Positions 13,801 through 28,800 of a stretch of 64,000 bases of DNA are shown piece by piece. Source of the DNA: Botryllus schlosseri (lineage: Eukaryota); the NCBI GenBank assembly GCA_051294905.1, contig CM119375.1, forward strand, positions 7,378,001 through 7,442,000, read 5' to 3'. Positions within the stretch are counted from its first letter, which is position 1, and each line of letters opens with the position of its first letter. The translations under genes and the position numbers were made by a program. Under the pieces are notes generated by a model. It did not search any database. It saw only the letters and a program-made list of their open reading frames with translations, and had not been told where the DNA came from.

Positions 13801-16800
13801 GTACGGTATTAGGAAGGCACAGCCCGTTCTAAAATACGCATCGTTAATACCCTTGTACGGTTAAAAGTAATATAACCAGGCTTGCTTTAGTCTGTGTGAT
13901 ATGCGCGAGTCTTATATTGTCACTTATATGCATTCCTTACTCTTGACTGATATGACTGGGGCATCTGGTTAGACTCTTTTGAGCTATACTGGACACATAA
14001 CTGCTCTCTCTCTACGCCTGTTTTATATTCGATCGGTCTCTTCCCAGATGACAAGTGTCCGCTTACCTTTTGTGAAGATGCCGAATATCACGTTATACCT
14101 AATCAAGACTCGTATTATGAGATGATACAGTAATCGATTTCATTAATCTGGCAACTTTGCCGCTTTTGAAATGTATCTCCGGTTATTTTTCTGACGGAGT
14201 GTTTTTCCGCCACACTATATTGGAGTCAGGGTGTTATCGAATAACCTGTATCGACGCCAATGTCTCTCGGCGATATATCTGTTAATTCTAAAATATATCT
14301 AATAATGAGGTCACGGATGATATATGACGTCATAAGGCCGATAACTACGCAATAAACCGAATTAGGAATTTGGTACTACCGGTACGCAATGTTGTATCTA
14401 ATCTAGTATATCATTTTCGTGGACGCCCTCACGCCTATATGCAGTTTTCGAGCAATTGTGATGCCTACATGTGATAATTGGCTGTTACAGTTGAATTTTG
14501 CTTTGATATGCTTTCATCTTCGTCTGGACAAGTTTAGTCGACCATCTAGCTTGATTAATAGTACGGGCTCCGAAACAAATGATTGTATATTTACCCAACA
14601 TACGTTTAATAGCCAGTTCCGCAGTCGCGCTAATGCATGCATGACTGTAATGTACACTGAGTACGTATGCGGGTCATAATTTCTGAAAAATATTGCTGCG
14701 CTCTAATTACAGTTTATAGGTTTCTTAGAGCACGATATAGAAGTCTGTCTGATGCGGTCATGACAGGGTAGAGTGGGATGAACGACGTTGAACGATACAA
14801 AGTAGATGCACGTTACACGCTTAATCCAATTTCATGCTTCGCTACGGTTCGCTGATCAATAATTTCGTGTTCTTTGACATTAACGCGTTCGCATTATCCC
14901 TATTAACGCAGCAACTCCAAACGATATTATCACTACGTATATTTGTGCAATGTGCAATTGTGCATACAAAACAGCGGCCCGGTCCGACCGTCATTTTGGA
15001 TCGAGTTATGATTACATTGAATTTCCCCGACTCTGACATATTGAAACATCAGAGTTGACATTTTAGATAACGTCAACGTCACCGTCACGGTACCAATGGT
15101 AGTTAGATCCTAGATGTCCGTTATACGTGTAATTTCTTCTTGGCAAATACGTGTTGCCTCAAATTGTCTTGTAGGCCATGATGAGAACCACAAAGCTCAC
15201 CACAGTGCGATGTATATTTCACTCAATTATATCAGATAGTTGTCAGGGATATCTAGTGATCGATCCCTGGATAGTCGTTCACAATGTTGGAACCAATGTT
15301 TGGGTGAGTTGACAATGACGCGACCTAAAATATCTTTGCAGATAAGATATCGAAATTTGTTTTCATACTGCACAGCAATCTTAATTTGAACATTCATTGG
15401 GCAAAACCTTGTGCCCCGTTCCCACCTAAGTGTGCTCGTGAGCGTAATGCAGTCATAACTATGGAGTATTTGAAGCTCATCCAAAATGCCTACGAATGAA
15501 GCAGGCAATATATTAAATGTAAAAAGATCGTTCCTATCTGACAAAACATTAGTCTCCTTCTTTGTTAAACTCTCGGCAAAACCGCAGTGAATCCATAGAC
15601 AATTCTACTAGCCTACTTGCTTTTGGCGTGCGTTGGTTGGCCGTAATTAATTTGAGAATGCCCGTTGACAACTTTGACTAAAAGCCATGTTTTCAAGTGC
15701 CACATTTATTGGATTAGGCGCGCGCGATCAAAGATCTACCGCGCGACGGCTGCTAAAAATAATACGCCGACGCAGCGTGAAAGTGCTGGTGTAGCATACC
15801 AAAACCATATCCGTGTTTAATGTTTATGAATTCCTCGCGAAAGGTAATCTTTCTCGCGATAAGTCGCAAACGTTGCCTGTGAAATTTAATCGGCTGCCCG
15901 CCACGGTCGGCGGTTTCCTCGGGATTTGCGACTCCCTTTGCGGCTGCGCGGTGTCAACGCAGCCGTGCTGTTAGCTCGGCATTCAAAGAGCTTATTGTAG
16001 TACCCGTTGTTGCTGTAACGTTTCTGTGAACGCACTGTATTTGCTACGGATGGTGGTGATTCCTTTGAAACGGATGCTGTATTTCCGAACACTGTGGCCA
16101 CCCGTAGCTGGTTATTTATAATCAGGGCTGGTCACTGGTCACTTCTACATTTTTTCCCGAGAAATCAAGTAAATCTAGCGTACTTGAAATACTTACTGAA
16201 GAAGTTATATTTAAGACTATTGATACTTCCACTTCTACTAAACAGTATTTTCGGCAAAAACTACTCCCTTCTGGCGCTTTTGATTTTGTTAAGTAGAAAG
16301 TAGTTTTGGGATTTGGTTGCATCACTTCTATGAATTTAAATCATCGTAAGAACTTGGCGAAAGAACCGTTACATCACGGTAAATGTAATATTTTCCCAAA
16401 TTGCTGTTTGTGTTTCGTTGGATATTTGTAATTTTACGTTATTCGCAAAGATGCACCATGAAATTTCGAACTCTGCCACCTCCCCCTCCTATTAACTGCA
16501 AAAATCATGCTGTTACCCTTCGGACAAATCTATACTTACAGATCATTATATTCTACTCCTAATTGTATTTGAGTAGAAGTTCACAGGTTTACTTTTAGTA
16601 CTTGAGCAACAACATAGACTACCTTGATTGACCACGTAGATGTGCAATACCTCAAGAACAATTGCATATTCATCGGAGTCTGAGGGTTTCGTTTGAAAAG
16701 TACAGATTTCTCGGTCTGTAGATTATAAAGGCAGCATGCGGAAATATACGTTACTAGAATCAGATGATGTCTCGATATCTCGCGAAAGATTAAAGATGAC

Positions 16801-19800
16801 AATCGCTAATATCTGTCATTGCGTGACAAATATAAATAAGCATGCCCTTTCGCCTTTGAGACATCGTATTGATAACGCCCGACTAACAGGACCCCAGACA
16901 TGTCCAATTGATTTTGATAGATAATTCCGTAGAGTCGAAGCATATAGAAACAGTAGTTATTTCAGATTGGCTTGTCGGTCTGCAAACAGCTGAGCCTCGC
17001 ACGGGCACTTGTTCCGGAGAATTCCAATGTCATATTACCCGTGTTTTGCGACCACACAGCGTACGGTGTTATGCACCGTGCAACTAATCCGAATAGAATC
17101 GCCTCCGTTCAGCGCGCGGTCCGCTGAGGTTATTGTCAACGGAAAGTATAGGTTCACGCACTAGCTTTTACGTTACCATATGCAATTGAGTAATATACTC
17201 ATATTGAAATAAACCCGAACATTGTCGGTTGTCACTCGTCAGAGGTAATCGTCAGCAACTATAGGGAATTGGAAAGAACTTTTGCGTGATATTTCGCTGC
17301 TGGGAGTACTCTGTGCGTTATCGCTGGCCAGTGGCCATTGCCATGTAGAAATAAGCAACGTTCATTTTACCTACAAAAAAGCTGAGAATTTCTGTTCGGC
17401 TAATCATCATACAGATTGCCTTGGTGCTGAATTTGAAACCATCAGTAACCAATAACCGAACAACGCCGTCAAGAGTGCTATTTGTTTAGTTCAATCGGTA
17501 TTCTCGCGCACGCCTTTTAGGCAGGCAAATACCGTCCGCAAATGCACTTCCATATTTTCAAAACAGCTCAGAACTTGTCGGGTTTCGTCTCCGCGGCTTA
17601 TTCCCTGATTTACTGCACAGCGGAAAATATGCTCATATTTACCCAAGCACGCTCGGATAACTTCTCCATCATCGGCTGATTATTGATTGATGGAAAGTTG
17701 GCTAGGATATAATCTTCCTCGGTTTACAAAACGACGCTGCGCTATGTGCGGTGCGGCCTCGGTGAAACCTCGCCGATTTCATGCGTAAATACAGCGGCCG
17801 AATTGGCGAAGCCGGTACTGAAGAACGATTGCGATAGCTCCGCCTTACCGGAAGCCTCGATAAATCGAACCGTAAAATTGATGTGTACGCTAAGTTTATG
17901 GGCTTTCGATGTACGAACTGATTGCGCGATATCCCCGTTTCACCTTACAGACCAGCTGCGTGTTTTCCGCCGCATGTTCAAACGCGAATCTCGAAAATTC
18001 AAAGTTACCGATCTTATATAGGGGCAATCTCCCATCCTGTATGGGTAGTCGGCAATAATATCCCGTCTATGGTTAGCCCGTTACGAATTATTACAAGGTA
18101 ATATTCCGACAACTCAATCAAGTCGCTGTTTTCAAGTGTTGTTGTATTTTCAAAGACTTGAGATGCGTTTCCCCCCTTTCTCTATCCAAGGTAATAATAT
18201 GATGGAAGCTGCAATACAAGGCTGACTTGGGCGACTAGAAAATTTCCCTTTTTCATATCAGATCATAATTAGGATTATAGATATACAGTATTTCTTTCAA
18301 ATTGGACTAGAATTAGAATTATAGCTTCATATTTTTTTTTCAAATTAGATTGGAATTAGAATTACTGAATTCGCGAAAATCGGGAATATCTAAATATCCC
18401 TGGCGAAAACTTAGAAATCAAATTAAGTTCAGTTCGTATCAAACGAGAGTTCGTTCTCATACAACACGAGTGAGGCAAATGTCGGTAACCCATACCGGAA
18501 TCTCGGTACGTTTTGCCTGATATAACACGCGAGCAGCGATGATTCTCCAAGTTAAAGTAATTAAAAAAAAAAAAAAATCAAGAATTGTATGAGCACAAGA
18601 CACCGATTCCATACCGGCCCCTACTGGAATCTCGGTACGTTTTGCCTAATATAACCTGTCAGAACCGATGATTCTCCAAGTTAAAGTAATTTATAGTGAG
18701 AGCCCGGGACACCGATTCCATGAGGTCGGTAACAAGCGTGGCTCGTTTCGCACTATACAGTTCTGTATTTTGAGGGAAAAAATAGGATCAAAATTAGAGC
18801 ATAAAAACATTTCACAAAATTGTTAAAAATTAAATTACCGGCATCTCGGTCTAATTAGTCTTTAGTTCAGGGCTGGCCAACCTTTTCAGCCAAAGGGCCA
18901 CATTCGATTGACGAAATATTGCGCGGGCCACTTACCGCGCTAAGCGCGAAATTTTTTTGAAGTTTATAGGTCAATAATATTGTCACTTGACTATATTGCG
19001 GGCCTGCCGTATATCGCTGGGCTAAGTTTGCGAGGACTGGGCTATTCGGCGCATGGACATATCGATATCGAAAGCTGCGACCAACATGCGTCAATCATTC
19101 CGAGCCTAGGTTTCATAGTCAACGATCTTACTGCGAGCAGGGCATGGTATGGTATGGTATGGAACGAGAATTTTCCATACTCCATACTTGCTTTACTCTC
19201 TCCATACCATACTTGCAATTTTCCATACCATACCAACATTGTTCCATACCATACTTGATACATATTCCATACTTTCAAATACTTCAATATCATAAGTATA
19301 GTACCTTTACTAGCACCTATATTATTGATATTTCGGGTGTCATTAATGCTTAAACTAGCCATGATGCGAATCTTACTCCTGGCAATAGTTTCACAGAGTC
19401 TGTTTTGGTGAGGTTTAGTTCACATTGGTGAGGTGCCGTGTACCTTTACTCTGTCTACAGCGGTGGTTCTCAACCGAGGGTCCGCGGACCCCCGGGGGTC
19501 CGTGAAGCATTTTCAGGGGGTCCGCAAAGCCTCTCAATTTGTAAAATGATTGACAACCTAATTTTTATTTTTTAATTTAGAAAAGCATGAGCCTTTTTCG
19601 CTTCATAATAACTAAAACTTTTGGAATCACATCATTGAAATGGTCGTCTGAGATGAAATATCCGACTATGCAAACTCATTTTAATTGTCAAATTGCCAAT
19701 AGCCTGCTGATGCAAACATATTGCTGTTTAGACATGTTTTGTGGGGCCTTGTGAAAAAATGAAATGTCGGAGATAGCAAGGTCATTGGTCAAGCAGGCAA

Positions 19801-22800
19801 ACATTTCGGATTTGGAGTTGTCAGTCTCAGCAAATTAGTAAACAGTCGTTTGAAATAGAAATTCCTGAATTTGTTTTCCGCATCTGTCTCAATGAAGGAA
19901 TTGAAACTTCGCCACGAAATCCATTTTCTCTTCTGATATACCACTATACACAATAACTTCAATATGAGATGCTGGATAGAAATGACTGTAGGCTGGACAT
20001 GAAATGTTCATTAAAAACTCACACCAAATTCTACCATCGGAAGCGTTATGCGTTACTATTACATTCGCCACCAATACATCGTTCTGGAAATGGATTTTCG
20101 GCACTCATTCATATCAAGTCGAAGACGCGGATTTTCAAGACAATAAATACAGCTGGAAAATTCCCTTCGAACTAATAAAAATATACCCAATTTCTACATA
20201 TAGTGTGCTGTTATTTTCAACAAAAGTGGCTGTTTATCACTAGTCTACATTTACTATTTGCACAAGACAGTTGACGGTTGCACGATAATTGAGCCAATTT
20301 TGAGCGAAAATTAGAGGGGGTCCGCGGGGTCCGTGACGGCCCAAAACGGATCCGCGAAAACAAAAGGTTGAGAACCACTGGTCTACAGCCTCCGCGAGCA
20401 AATTGAGATAGTCAGGAGATTTTTATCTAGGACCGTCCATAAAAGGGACTGGCAACATACGGCCCGCAACGACATTTTGTCTGGCCGCGGACAGTTTCCC
20501 GTCTTACATGATAATGTGGCCCGCTGCCCCAGTCTGCCGAGATTCTCCACTACTTGCCTAATCGCCAAACTTTAGTGACCGCATGTTATTATATAGGTCT
20601 GCGCACTGCGCAGCGTGCGAGAGTGGAGCTTACGGATAAGTTCTTCGAAGCGAGAAGACTTGCATTATCAGCATTTACGATGTACTCAACCCTAATGAAT
20701 TGATATCTTGGTAAATTTTGGGTAAAGGGGCTTATCAAACGCTTTGAAATCTCAATTAAGGATTGCACTGTGAGTTAGTTGATCAGCGACAAGCAGACAT
20801 GGCGGCGCCTGTATGACAATACTGTTCTCAAATCCACATTGTATTTTCATTATCGGCGAGAAATGGCTTTGAAGTGACATTGCTGTCGATAAAATACATT
20901 CAATAAATACGATTTATTCCTTGTATATAAGGGCGAATAATTTATCCATTCAGCAATCCGGCCCGCCAAGTAGCTACTTAATTTTCCTATATCCGACCCA
21001 CCGACTAGAGAAGTTGCACGCCCCTGCTCCATAAGAATATCATCGCATTTCCGGTACATTGGCATGAGGCGCATGCAAGTTTGAAGTCAATAATTTAAAT
21101 ATAATTTATAATATAGGCGCACCCATAAAATATCCCAGCTGCAGGCGATCAATACTGCAGCGATCTGCGTGATTATTAGTACAGTATTTGGTTGGGGTAA
21201 ATGGCGAGAATTTCAAACTAAATCTACCCCATTCCCTGATCTATAATCCTAATGCGAGAGCGTTTGAAATATGACCAATAAGATATCTCGGTATGTAAAT
21301 AGTATAAATGTGCGGATAATGTTTCAGAAGAAATGTAATTATCAATCACATTGAGCATTAAGTACGTTGCATCATGATTGCTTGTAAGTTCTCGTCACTC
21401 AAGGAACGAGGTAGTTGGAGTTGCCAAAATTACCAATTATTGCGTCACATGATAGACTATGCCCGGAGACGTCGTGTCTAGACTCAACAGAATATCGGAT
21501 CAACATTACGGTTGTCATTATTACATCACAAAATCATGCCATTCCAAGTGCTCCTAAAACCGTTGCACAAGCGTGTATTTGATGATCCTACACAGCGTTC
21601 AGTAGTTCACGCTCACACATAACAAAAGCGATCGTATTCCGTGAACAGCGAACAACGTACGCTTCATAAAGCTTGTACAGATCACGATAAAATGTATAAA
21701 ACACCAAAGTATGGAAGTATGGAAATGTCATTCCATACCATAGATTAAAATCTTCCATTCCATACCATACTTGTATTGTTCCATATTCCATACCAAAATA
21801 TCGATCCATACCATACCATACTTCCATACCATACCATACCATACCATGCCCTGACTGCGAGCGCAAACGCAAGGTCGCATTTGTCTCGCGAACATAGTTA
21901 GACTCAATCTGATACATCAGGCGTTCTTCCATTTTCACAAAAAGGGCAACAATATTAAAAACAAGGAATCGAGTGACAACATGTTGCGCTAAGCTTGTAG
22001 AAAATTTTTACCTTTGATAAATCTATCGCAAATTATTCTGTTTTATTGTAGTGTACGAAGATATACCAATAAGTGACTGGCTGATGGATCTGTCAATGCG
22101 TCGGAACTGATATTTTAGTCATCACATCTCAAGTGTTGCGGCCAAACTAATCAAATTTTTGGTTGGCCTTGCATGTTCACAATCTGTGCAATCCATTTTT
22201 GATATTAGAAATTTCGGAAATTACCTCGCGGGCCACCCAAAACCTTCTCGCGGGCCACATGTGGCCCGCGGGCCACGGATTGGCCGGCCCTGCTTTAGTT
22301 AGACCAGTGGTTCCCAACGTGGGCGATATCGCCCACCAGGGGGCGATTTGGCGGCCTAGGGGGGCGAAAATGACGAAGGGGGCGATAGGGGGCGAAAATG
22401 GACAAAGGGGGCGAAAATAGCGAAGGGGGCGATAGGGGGGCGATGACGCGTTAAAACGGCTATTTTGGAGTCAATTCGGAGAAATGACTTTTTTTTTTTG
22501 GCCAACCCACGGAAATTTGGTTGCAAAAGTGTAAAATTCGACAACGATCCGAAAAGATGACCTTTTTTTTTTTTAGTCAACCCGCCGATGACTGCAGACT
22601 GTATACCGATTTTTCGGTTCACAAAATCTGGGGGGCGATGATCGGCCTTGAGCTTGAAAAGGGGGCGATGAGTCGAAAAAGGTTGGGAACCACTGAGCTA
22701 GACAATTATAATTATCTACATGTCCATGTCTGATACTATAAGGGCTTCATCTGTCATAACAAGCATAGACGGGCATGGCATGTACGTATCTGAGGGGTTG

Positions 22801-25800
22801 GTTCAACTCCAACGTAATATACAGCATGATTCCACATTGCCGTGCCGATAATCAAGGGAAAAGCAGGGGTGGGGTTAACTTGACATGTTTATCTTCAATC
22901 GTGTTACGTATCGCAAAAGGTATAGAGCACCCTGTCATCAATCGTACTGGCGCGTCTGTTTTCGTCCAAGTTTATCTTTCCGTATCACCCTGAATGACTC
23001 ACCTTACAATGTGAATCGGAACGACTCTTTTGTGCGCAGACTTAGAAAAGCGGATTTCAATATTTGCAAAGTACACGGAGCCACGTTTTCCGGTTCCGAT
23101 TGTAATCTACGCCTCTTTGTAGCAAGCAAAAACAATGTGCGTAGCGCTTTGGTCAATCTCGGCTGGTTTCACGGATCGCACATCTGCTCGGAAGTCGCCA
23201 AGCGCTCGTGCGGCGTTACGAAGATTCTACGTGTCGAGAATTTTACGACCGCACGGCGATTATCAAGTAGTCAGCCGAGATGTTTCATCATTACAAATGC
23301 TTTGTTATTGCGCGAACATGTGTTGAGACCCGCCGTGTCAGCGTATGTTGACTTTTAATACTCGTCGACGGCAAACGACTCATGACCTTTCAGCGCTGTT
23401 GTAAATATACAAACTCACTTTACGGGCCGCTGCCACCTGTCGCATTCTACGTGAACTGTTACAAAGCTCCGTTCGCTTGGTTGTGACGTGATAATGGTGG
23501 ATGTTTGCGGATGTCAGGCTACTGCGCATATAGGCGTGATGTGTGGTATTGTATTCAATCGTGAGGCAGTGGTGATCATTCAATATATTGAATATCCAAT
23601 AACAGAATTCCTTAACCTTGTTAATTCTACTTTCATGCGTATGCGTATCCACTAATACATTCCCTTTTCTTCCATTTATGCGATAATTTGTCAAATGGGT
23701 GTATTGTATACTGTATAGACATTAGACAGGTGGTCAAAACGTAATCACTAATCATCCTTTGTACTCAATTTGAAGTAGAAGTAAGGTAACGTCCTGAATT
23801 TCTACTGGAGTGCCAATAGAGATAAGTGTTGTATTACTTCTGTACTGACTCGTGACCACCTCTGGGTATGGATCCCAGATAACTATTTATACTATAACGT
23901 ACTACAGCTACACGACAATGAAGCATATGAAAATTTCGCCCAAGTCCAATAATCATGCGCGTTACTTGCGGAAATATACTCCTCATGCAGAGGGAATAAG
24001 TTTCGAAACACGATTCCAACTGAACCGTGAATTTGAATTCTAAACTTTTTCCAAAGTAGTTCCTATCGAGCCATGTGAAGGGCGGATTTGCAATCCCCTT
24101 GAACACGGAGAAATGATTTCCACGATATATTTGGACACGTTTACTTGAGAGCTGACTATGTCAGAGTCGATAACTCGGCTGAATTTACTGCAATTCTTCA
24201 TTGTTGTAAACATCGACGTCACGGCATAAAACTGGGGCTAACTGGCGTTCAATTAATACTCACGAGTCGAGAGATCCTCTTCGGATTGCTGTGATAAATA
24301 GGAAAGTTATATATTTATTTAAATCAATTTCGAAGCAAATGTCATAAACATAAGTATCTGAAGTAATTCATACCTTACAGTGTACATGTGATCAAGGGCC
24401 TCGAACAGTGTCTGTACTAAACGCACTGATGTCGAATATTGGTACTTGAATTGTCCCGATTGGTATCGTAAACAAAAGAATATTGGTTGTAAGCACCTGT
24501 CATTTTTTTGAATTATTATTATCACAACTGCAAATAAAGTTGTAAATAATTCAACCGGCCGTTTCAATTGTATGGTAATATTTAGTGAAATAATGTGCGT
24601 TCAAAGACCCGATGCGAGAGACTGATTCTCCTTATCCGACGCTCAGACGATTTCATTGTAGTACCCCTCCCGATTTCCTGTGTGATCACGTGACTGGGGC
24701 CGAATTGAAAAGTCACTTTCGCATGAACCACTCAAATATCAAATTGCCCTTTAAGCGGAGGGCAGCGTATCGGATATCGATTTTGAAATTTTACGCTCAT
24801 GTAACTCGATGATGCCTATTCCTGTAAACAGGTATCGTTTTGAATTTACGCGTGACGGCCGGGTTACATTTGTCGCCGCGTTCTTTTTCTGCTAGAGCCT
24901 CGACTATACTACAGTGTGATGTAATATAAACGATAAGAGTGCATTTCGCCATTTTCACCATAGCGTAGGGTGCAATTCAGGTCGACGGCTCTTAACCTAC
25001 AAGATAGCGTAATGGTTTAGCGTCCGGTAATAGGTCGTGGGTTCGATCCATAACTTCCTCCGCTTGGCGCTCAGCGTTACTGGAATAGCATGGCGGAGTG
25101 GTGCAAGAGTTAGAAAGCCTTGTCCAGCGGCATATGCACATCATGCACTAATGGTATGCATATATGGACAGATCGTGTGTATGTATCGTACATCGTGAGT
25201 TGGCTTATATGCTGCAAAAACTTCAATATCAAAAATAAACAATGTCCTATTCCTATTTCAACGGATCGAAACGAGTCAAATACAACTATTCTCAGTGTGA
25301 TGTATCCCAGGGATTGGGTGCGATCTGTTTTCTAGCATCACACAAAGCAGGCAGAAAGCGGTACAACAGAACCCACTATACATCTCTGTGATACATCTCC
25401 GTAAGAATTGGCGTATTTGGTGATTTCACCCCATGGAATAGGTGTGATAACAAAATTTTGTACCACCCAATAAAATGGACTGTATTTGAGCCCTACACAA
25501 TGGTTTGAATATGGTATTTACATATATTTTCAACCCAGTACATTTAACATACATTTTCAACCGATGTAGCTATACTGTATGCTAGCTTCAGATCACTTGA
25601 TCCGGTTTTGCAATTATAACCGAGTCGTAATCATGTACAATAGGGTGTTCAAAAATGATATTTTTTATCAAATGGTACTGGCTACTTGATAAAACTGTTA
25701 GGTTACCTAATTTAAGCCTACACACCAAATTTGGTTCAATTCCAACTAGTAGCCGCATTGCTACTGGAGGAGAAAGTTTCTATTTATTATTTAAAAATAA

Positions 25801-28800
25801 ATTGAATCAACATTTTTTATTCACCCCATCAAAGTGTAAGGTTGTCTATAGAAGCGATGTTCATTAAATTTGACTCAATTCCAACCAGTGGAAGCCGTCG
25901 AAAACCTTGGAAATTAATATAATAGTATTAACGGCATGGCCAATTCTTTAATTATTTATGATAGTTGTGCCCACCGTAAATACTATTTTATTCGAATCCG
26001 AATTTTTCGACGGCAATAACTCGGCTTTCACTGGTTGGAATTGGGTCAAATTCGGTGAATATCGTTTGCACTGTCTGTACAGGTTCAATTGCGTTCGGTA
26101 ATGTCCTTTCATGTGTGCATTGCAACCGAATAAACCTCCCTGTTGTCGGTTTCACGCGCACTGCACATGTCCGCGTTAATGTCTCTTTACTAAACCAGTC
26201 TTTAAGATTTACGATTCGGTAACTTGTTATTCACCGCAATGCGCCCCAGTTCTCAGCTATATCTCGCGATAAAACCTCGCGTAGACCTTTCGGGGTTACA
26301 CAACGCGTTTCGTTTCGGCTGAACGCAACATTTAGCGTATTGTGTTATTTGACGCGTCTACTGATAAATAGCGCAAAGCACGTTAGCTCATTGCTTACAG
26401 CAGATTTACTGCGAGTGACACAAGGGGGTGATTGTGTGATTTTGGGTCTTCTGATTCTCACATATGATACCCCGATCGTTACGGAGCACGGTGCTATCGT
26501 AGACCCTTATCATTGCAAATTTCCCTATTCACAACATTCGGTAACACCAGGTCGAAACTTGAGTGCGTGGTGTATGGAATTATAGTTACGGGGTGCTTGC
26601 TTCAGAGTCTTGAACTTGAGTTAGGAGTAAGTAAGGTCGGTGTGTACATTCCGTCACCCGATTCGGAATAAATGTAGCTGAATGGCATCTTTCTAACTGT
26701 CACAGTATAAATTCTGATGGGAATATGCAATTCACATCACGTACACATAAGTCAGTTTCTTACGCTTTTAGACGCACATTTGACTGTGATATTGTATCTA
26801 TCTATTCCAAGAGAGACCTGATTATACATCATTTCCCACATTGTTATTTTTAGAGATACAAGATCTACAACTAGACGAGGAGATGCGTGACCAGCATCTG
26901 CAATCGTCGGACAGGTTGCAGTTCCGCTGTCGCGTCAGCGTGTCTCCGAAAAAGGAGTTGACGTTTACCTGGTAGGACTACGTTAGTTCCTCAATGCTAA
27001 GTTTCTGTGGTAAAGCTGTGGTTTTCCACAAGTGGAAATTTGCGGGCTGCAAAATATTTTCAGCAATAGGATGACTTCAGACGTACCAAACGGGTACGGC
27101 AGCGCAATGTCGAATCACAAAATTAAAGGCAGCATGTTCTCCCATCAATGCGCTGTATAAGTCATAAGTTCGCAAAAAACATTGTCATTACATAAGATTC
27201 GCTTTGTGTGGCAATTAGTTCGCTGGTAAATAATCCAAAACAGCCTCTCCGTGTAATCCAATGTTGAGTTTCGCTTCATTTCATTCAACGAAATATAAGC
27301 CCCATGCGCCAGTCTACTTAGCCTGGGAGCGAAAAGATTATGCATATACATTATACATGCTTATTTACAGTTACGCTACACGACTTTACGCCTAATGCTA
27401 TAAAGGCGCCGCGATTGTGCTTGGATAGAAAAAGTGATGGTAATTTCGACTATTCGTTCTGCAAAAAAGTGTGTGACACTAGATGCATCTAGATTCGAGA
27501 TAATTACTTCAATAGGACTGAGGTCTTTATTGCATTGCAGTTCGGGCCTGGTTGTAGGCAAGGGCTAAAAGTTAGTAACATATCGACCTGGTCGGGTTTC
27601 CTACCTAGTTTGATATCGAACAGTATTAATAACTAGCTTCTAATACGAATGCCCGAGGCCAATTCAACTTTGCCCGCCCTTTTGACATTCCAAAAACAAA
27701 AGCTATTCCGCCAATCGGCTACCTTTTGCGGGCTATCCACGACGTGATACACAGTACAGATTGCCACCGTGTCAAATCAACGTCGTTATCGCCCAGGCAG
27801 CATTAATCGACGCGATCTTGTTTCTGGTCGGCCGGAAAATTCGCTATAGGTTGCACAATCGGGCGTAATGAGGATCGCGGTTTGTGCTGTAAGCAATTAC
27901 CGGACCGCTTTGTGAATGAATGAGTAATTCTTTTGAATAGTGGCGTCACAGTTACTATGTTCTGTTTTGAGTCGCGCCGTGCTACTGCATGTTTTGAGCT
28001 CGCTACTCTTCGGGCAGATTAGAAGCATTTCCGATGTGACCCAAAACTGGAATCTTCACGAAAAACGAAATATTGAAACTATTTAACGCTAAACGCTGAT
28101 GCCACAAGAAGGTCGACTTGAAACACACAGATGGGAAGGGGAAATTGTGCCAAATCGGGATGTCGTTTAAATCTACGATCCGGAAGAAAAATCCCAACAA
28201 ATAATGGTGTAGGTTACTCTTTTCGCGCAAAGGGTGGTATGTTGAAGCGTGTCCGAATCCATGCGTAGAAGTAGGGTCGAACATGGGCCATGTCAAATTC
28301 CAATTTTGTTATTAATTTATTTGGACATGATTGAACGTAATGATGGTGAGTTCGAATGGGGTCATAAGTAATGACAAACCGAGAACGTCTGCTAGCTACG
28401 TTCAATACACAAAACCGTAGGTAGAACAATTCAATAATTTCAGTCCTCATAGAATGACAACGAAAGGGGAAGCACCCTGAATAGAATTTTGCTGCCGACG
28501 TCAGCATTCCTGTGTTTGCGACACTTAGAGTAATTAATGTTTCGCTCTAATATAACTTCGTATGGACATTTGGTCCTCTTGATTCATATATCGAGCTGAA
28601 TATACCTGCTAACAATTTGAGCTCCTTTGTCCTATATTCCCAAATTCCAAGTCATACGGTTTTCTTCACGAAGCAAAATATGATTCCCAGGTACCACGAG
28701 AATAGCAAGGTGGACCAGGACAGTGACAACAGAATATCCATCAAGACGAGAGACTGGGGCTCTCGCTTGCAGATCTTGAACGTGTACTCCACGGACGGCG

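Larger units (their letters stand above)
19138..21853. mobile_element. hAT element with (ATGGT)n TIRs, middle member of nest
   Basis: 25-bp identical TIR CAGGGCATGGTATGGTATGGTATGG, CCATA subterminal repeats, perfect TSD ACTGCGAG. Confidence 0.92.
18868..22292. mobile_element. hAT element, outer member of nest
   Basis: TIR CAGGGCTGGCCAA / TTGGCCGGCCCTG (12/13), GCGGGCCAC subterminal repeats, perfect TSD CTTTAGTT. Confidence 0.9.

Noticed and set aside
22885-23358. 157-aa + strand ORF in a CpG-rich stretch
   Set aside because: No recognisable protein features; more likely non-coding
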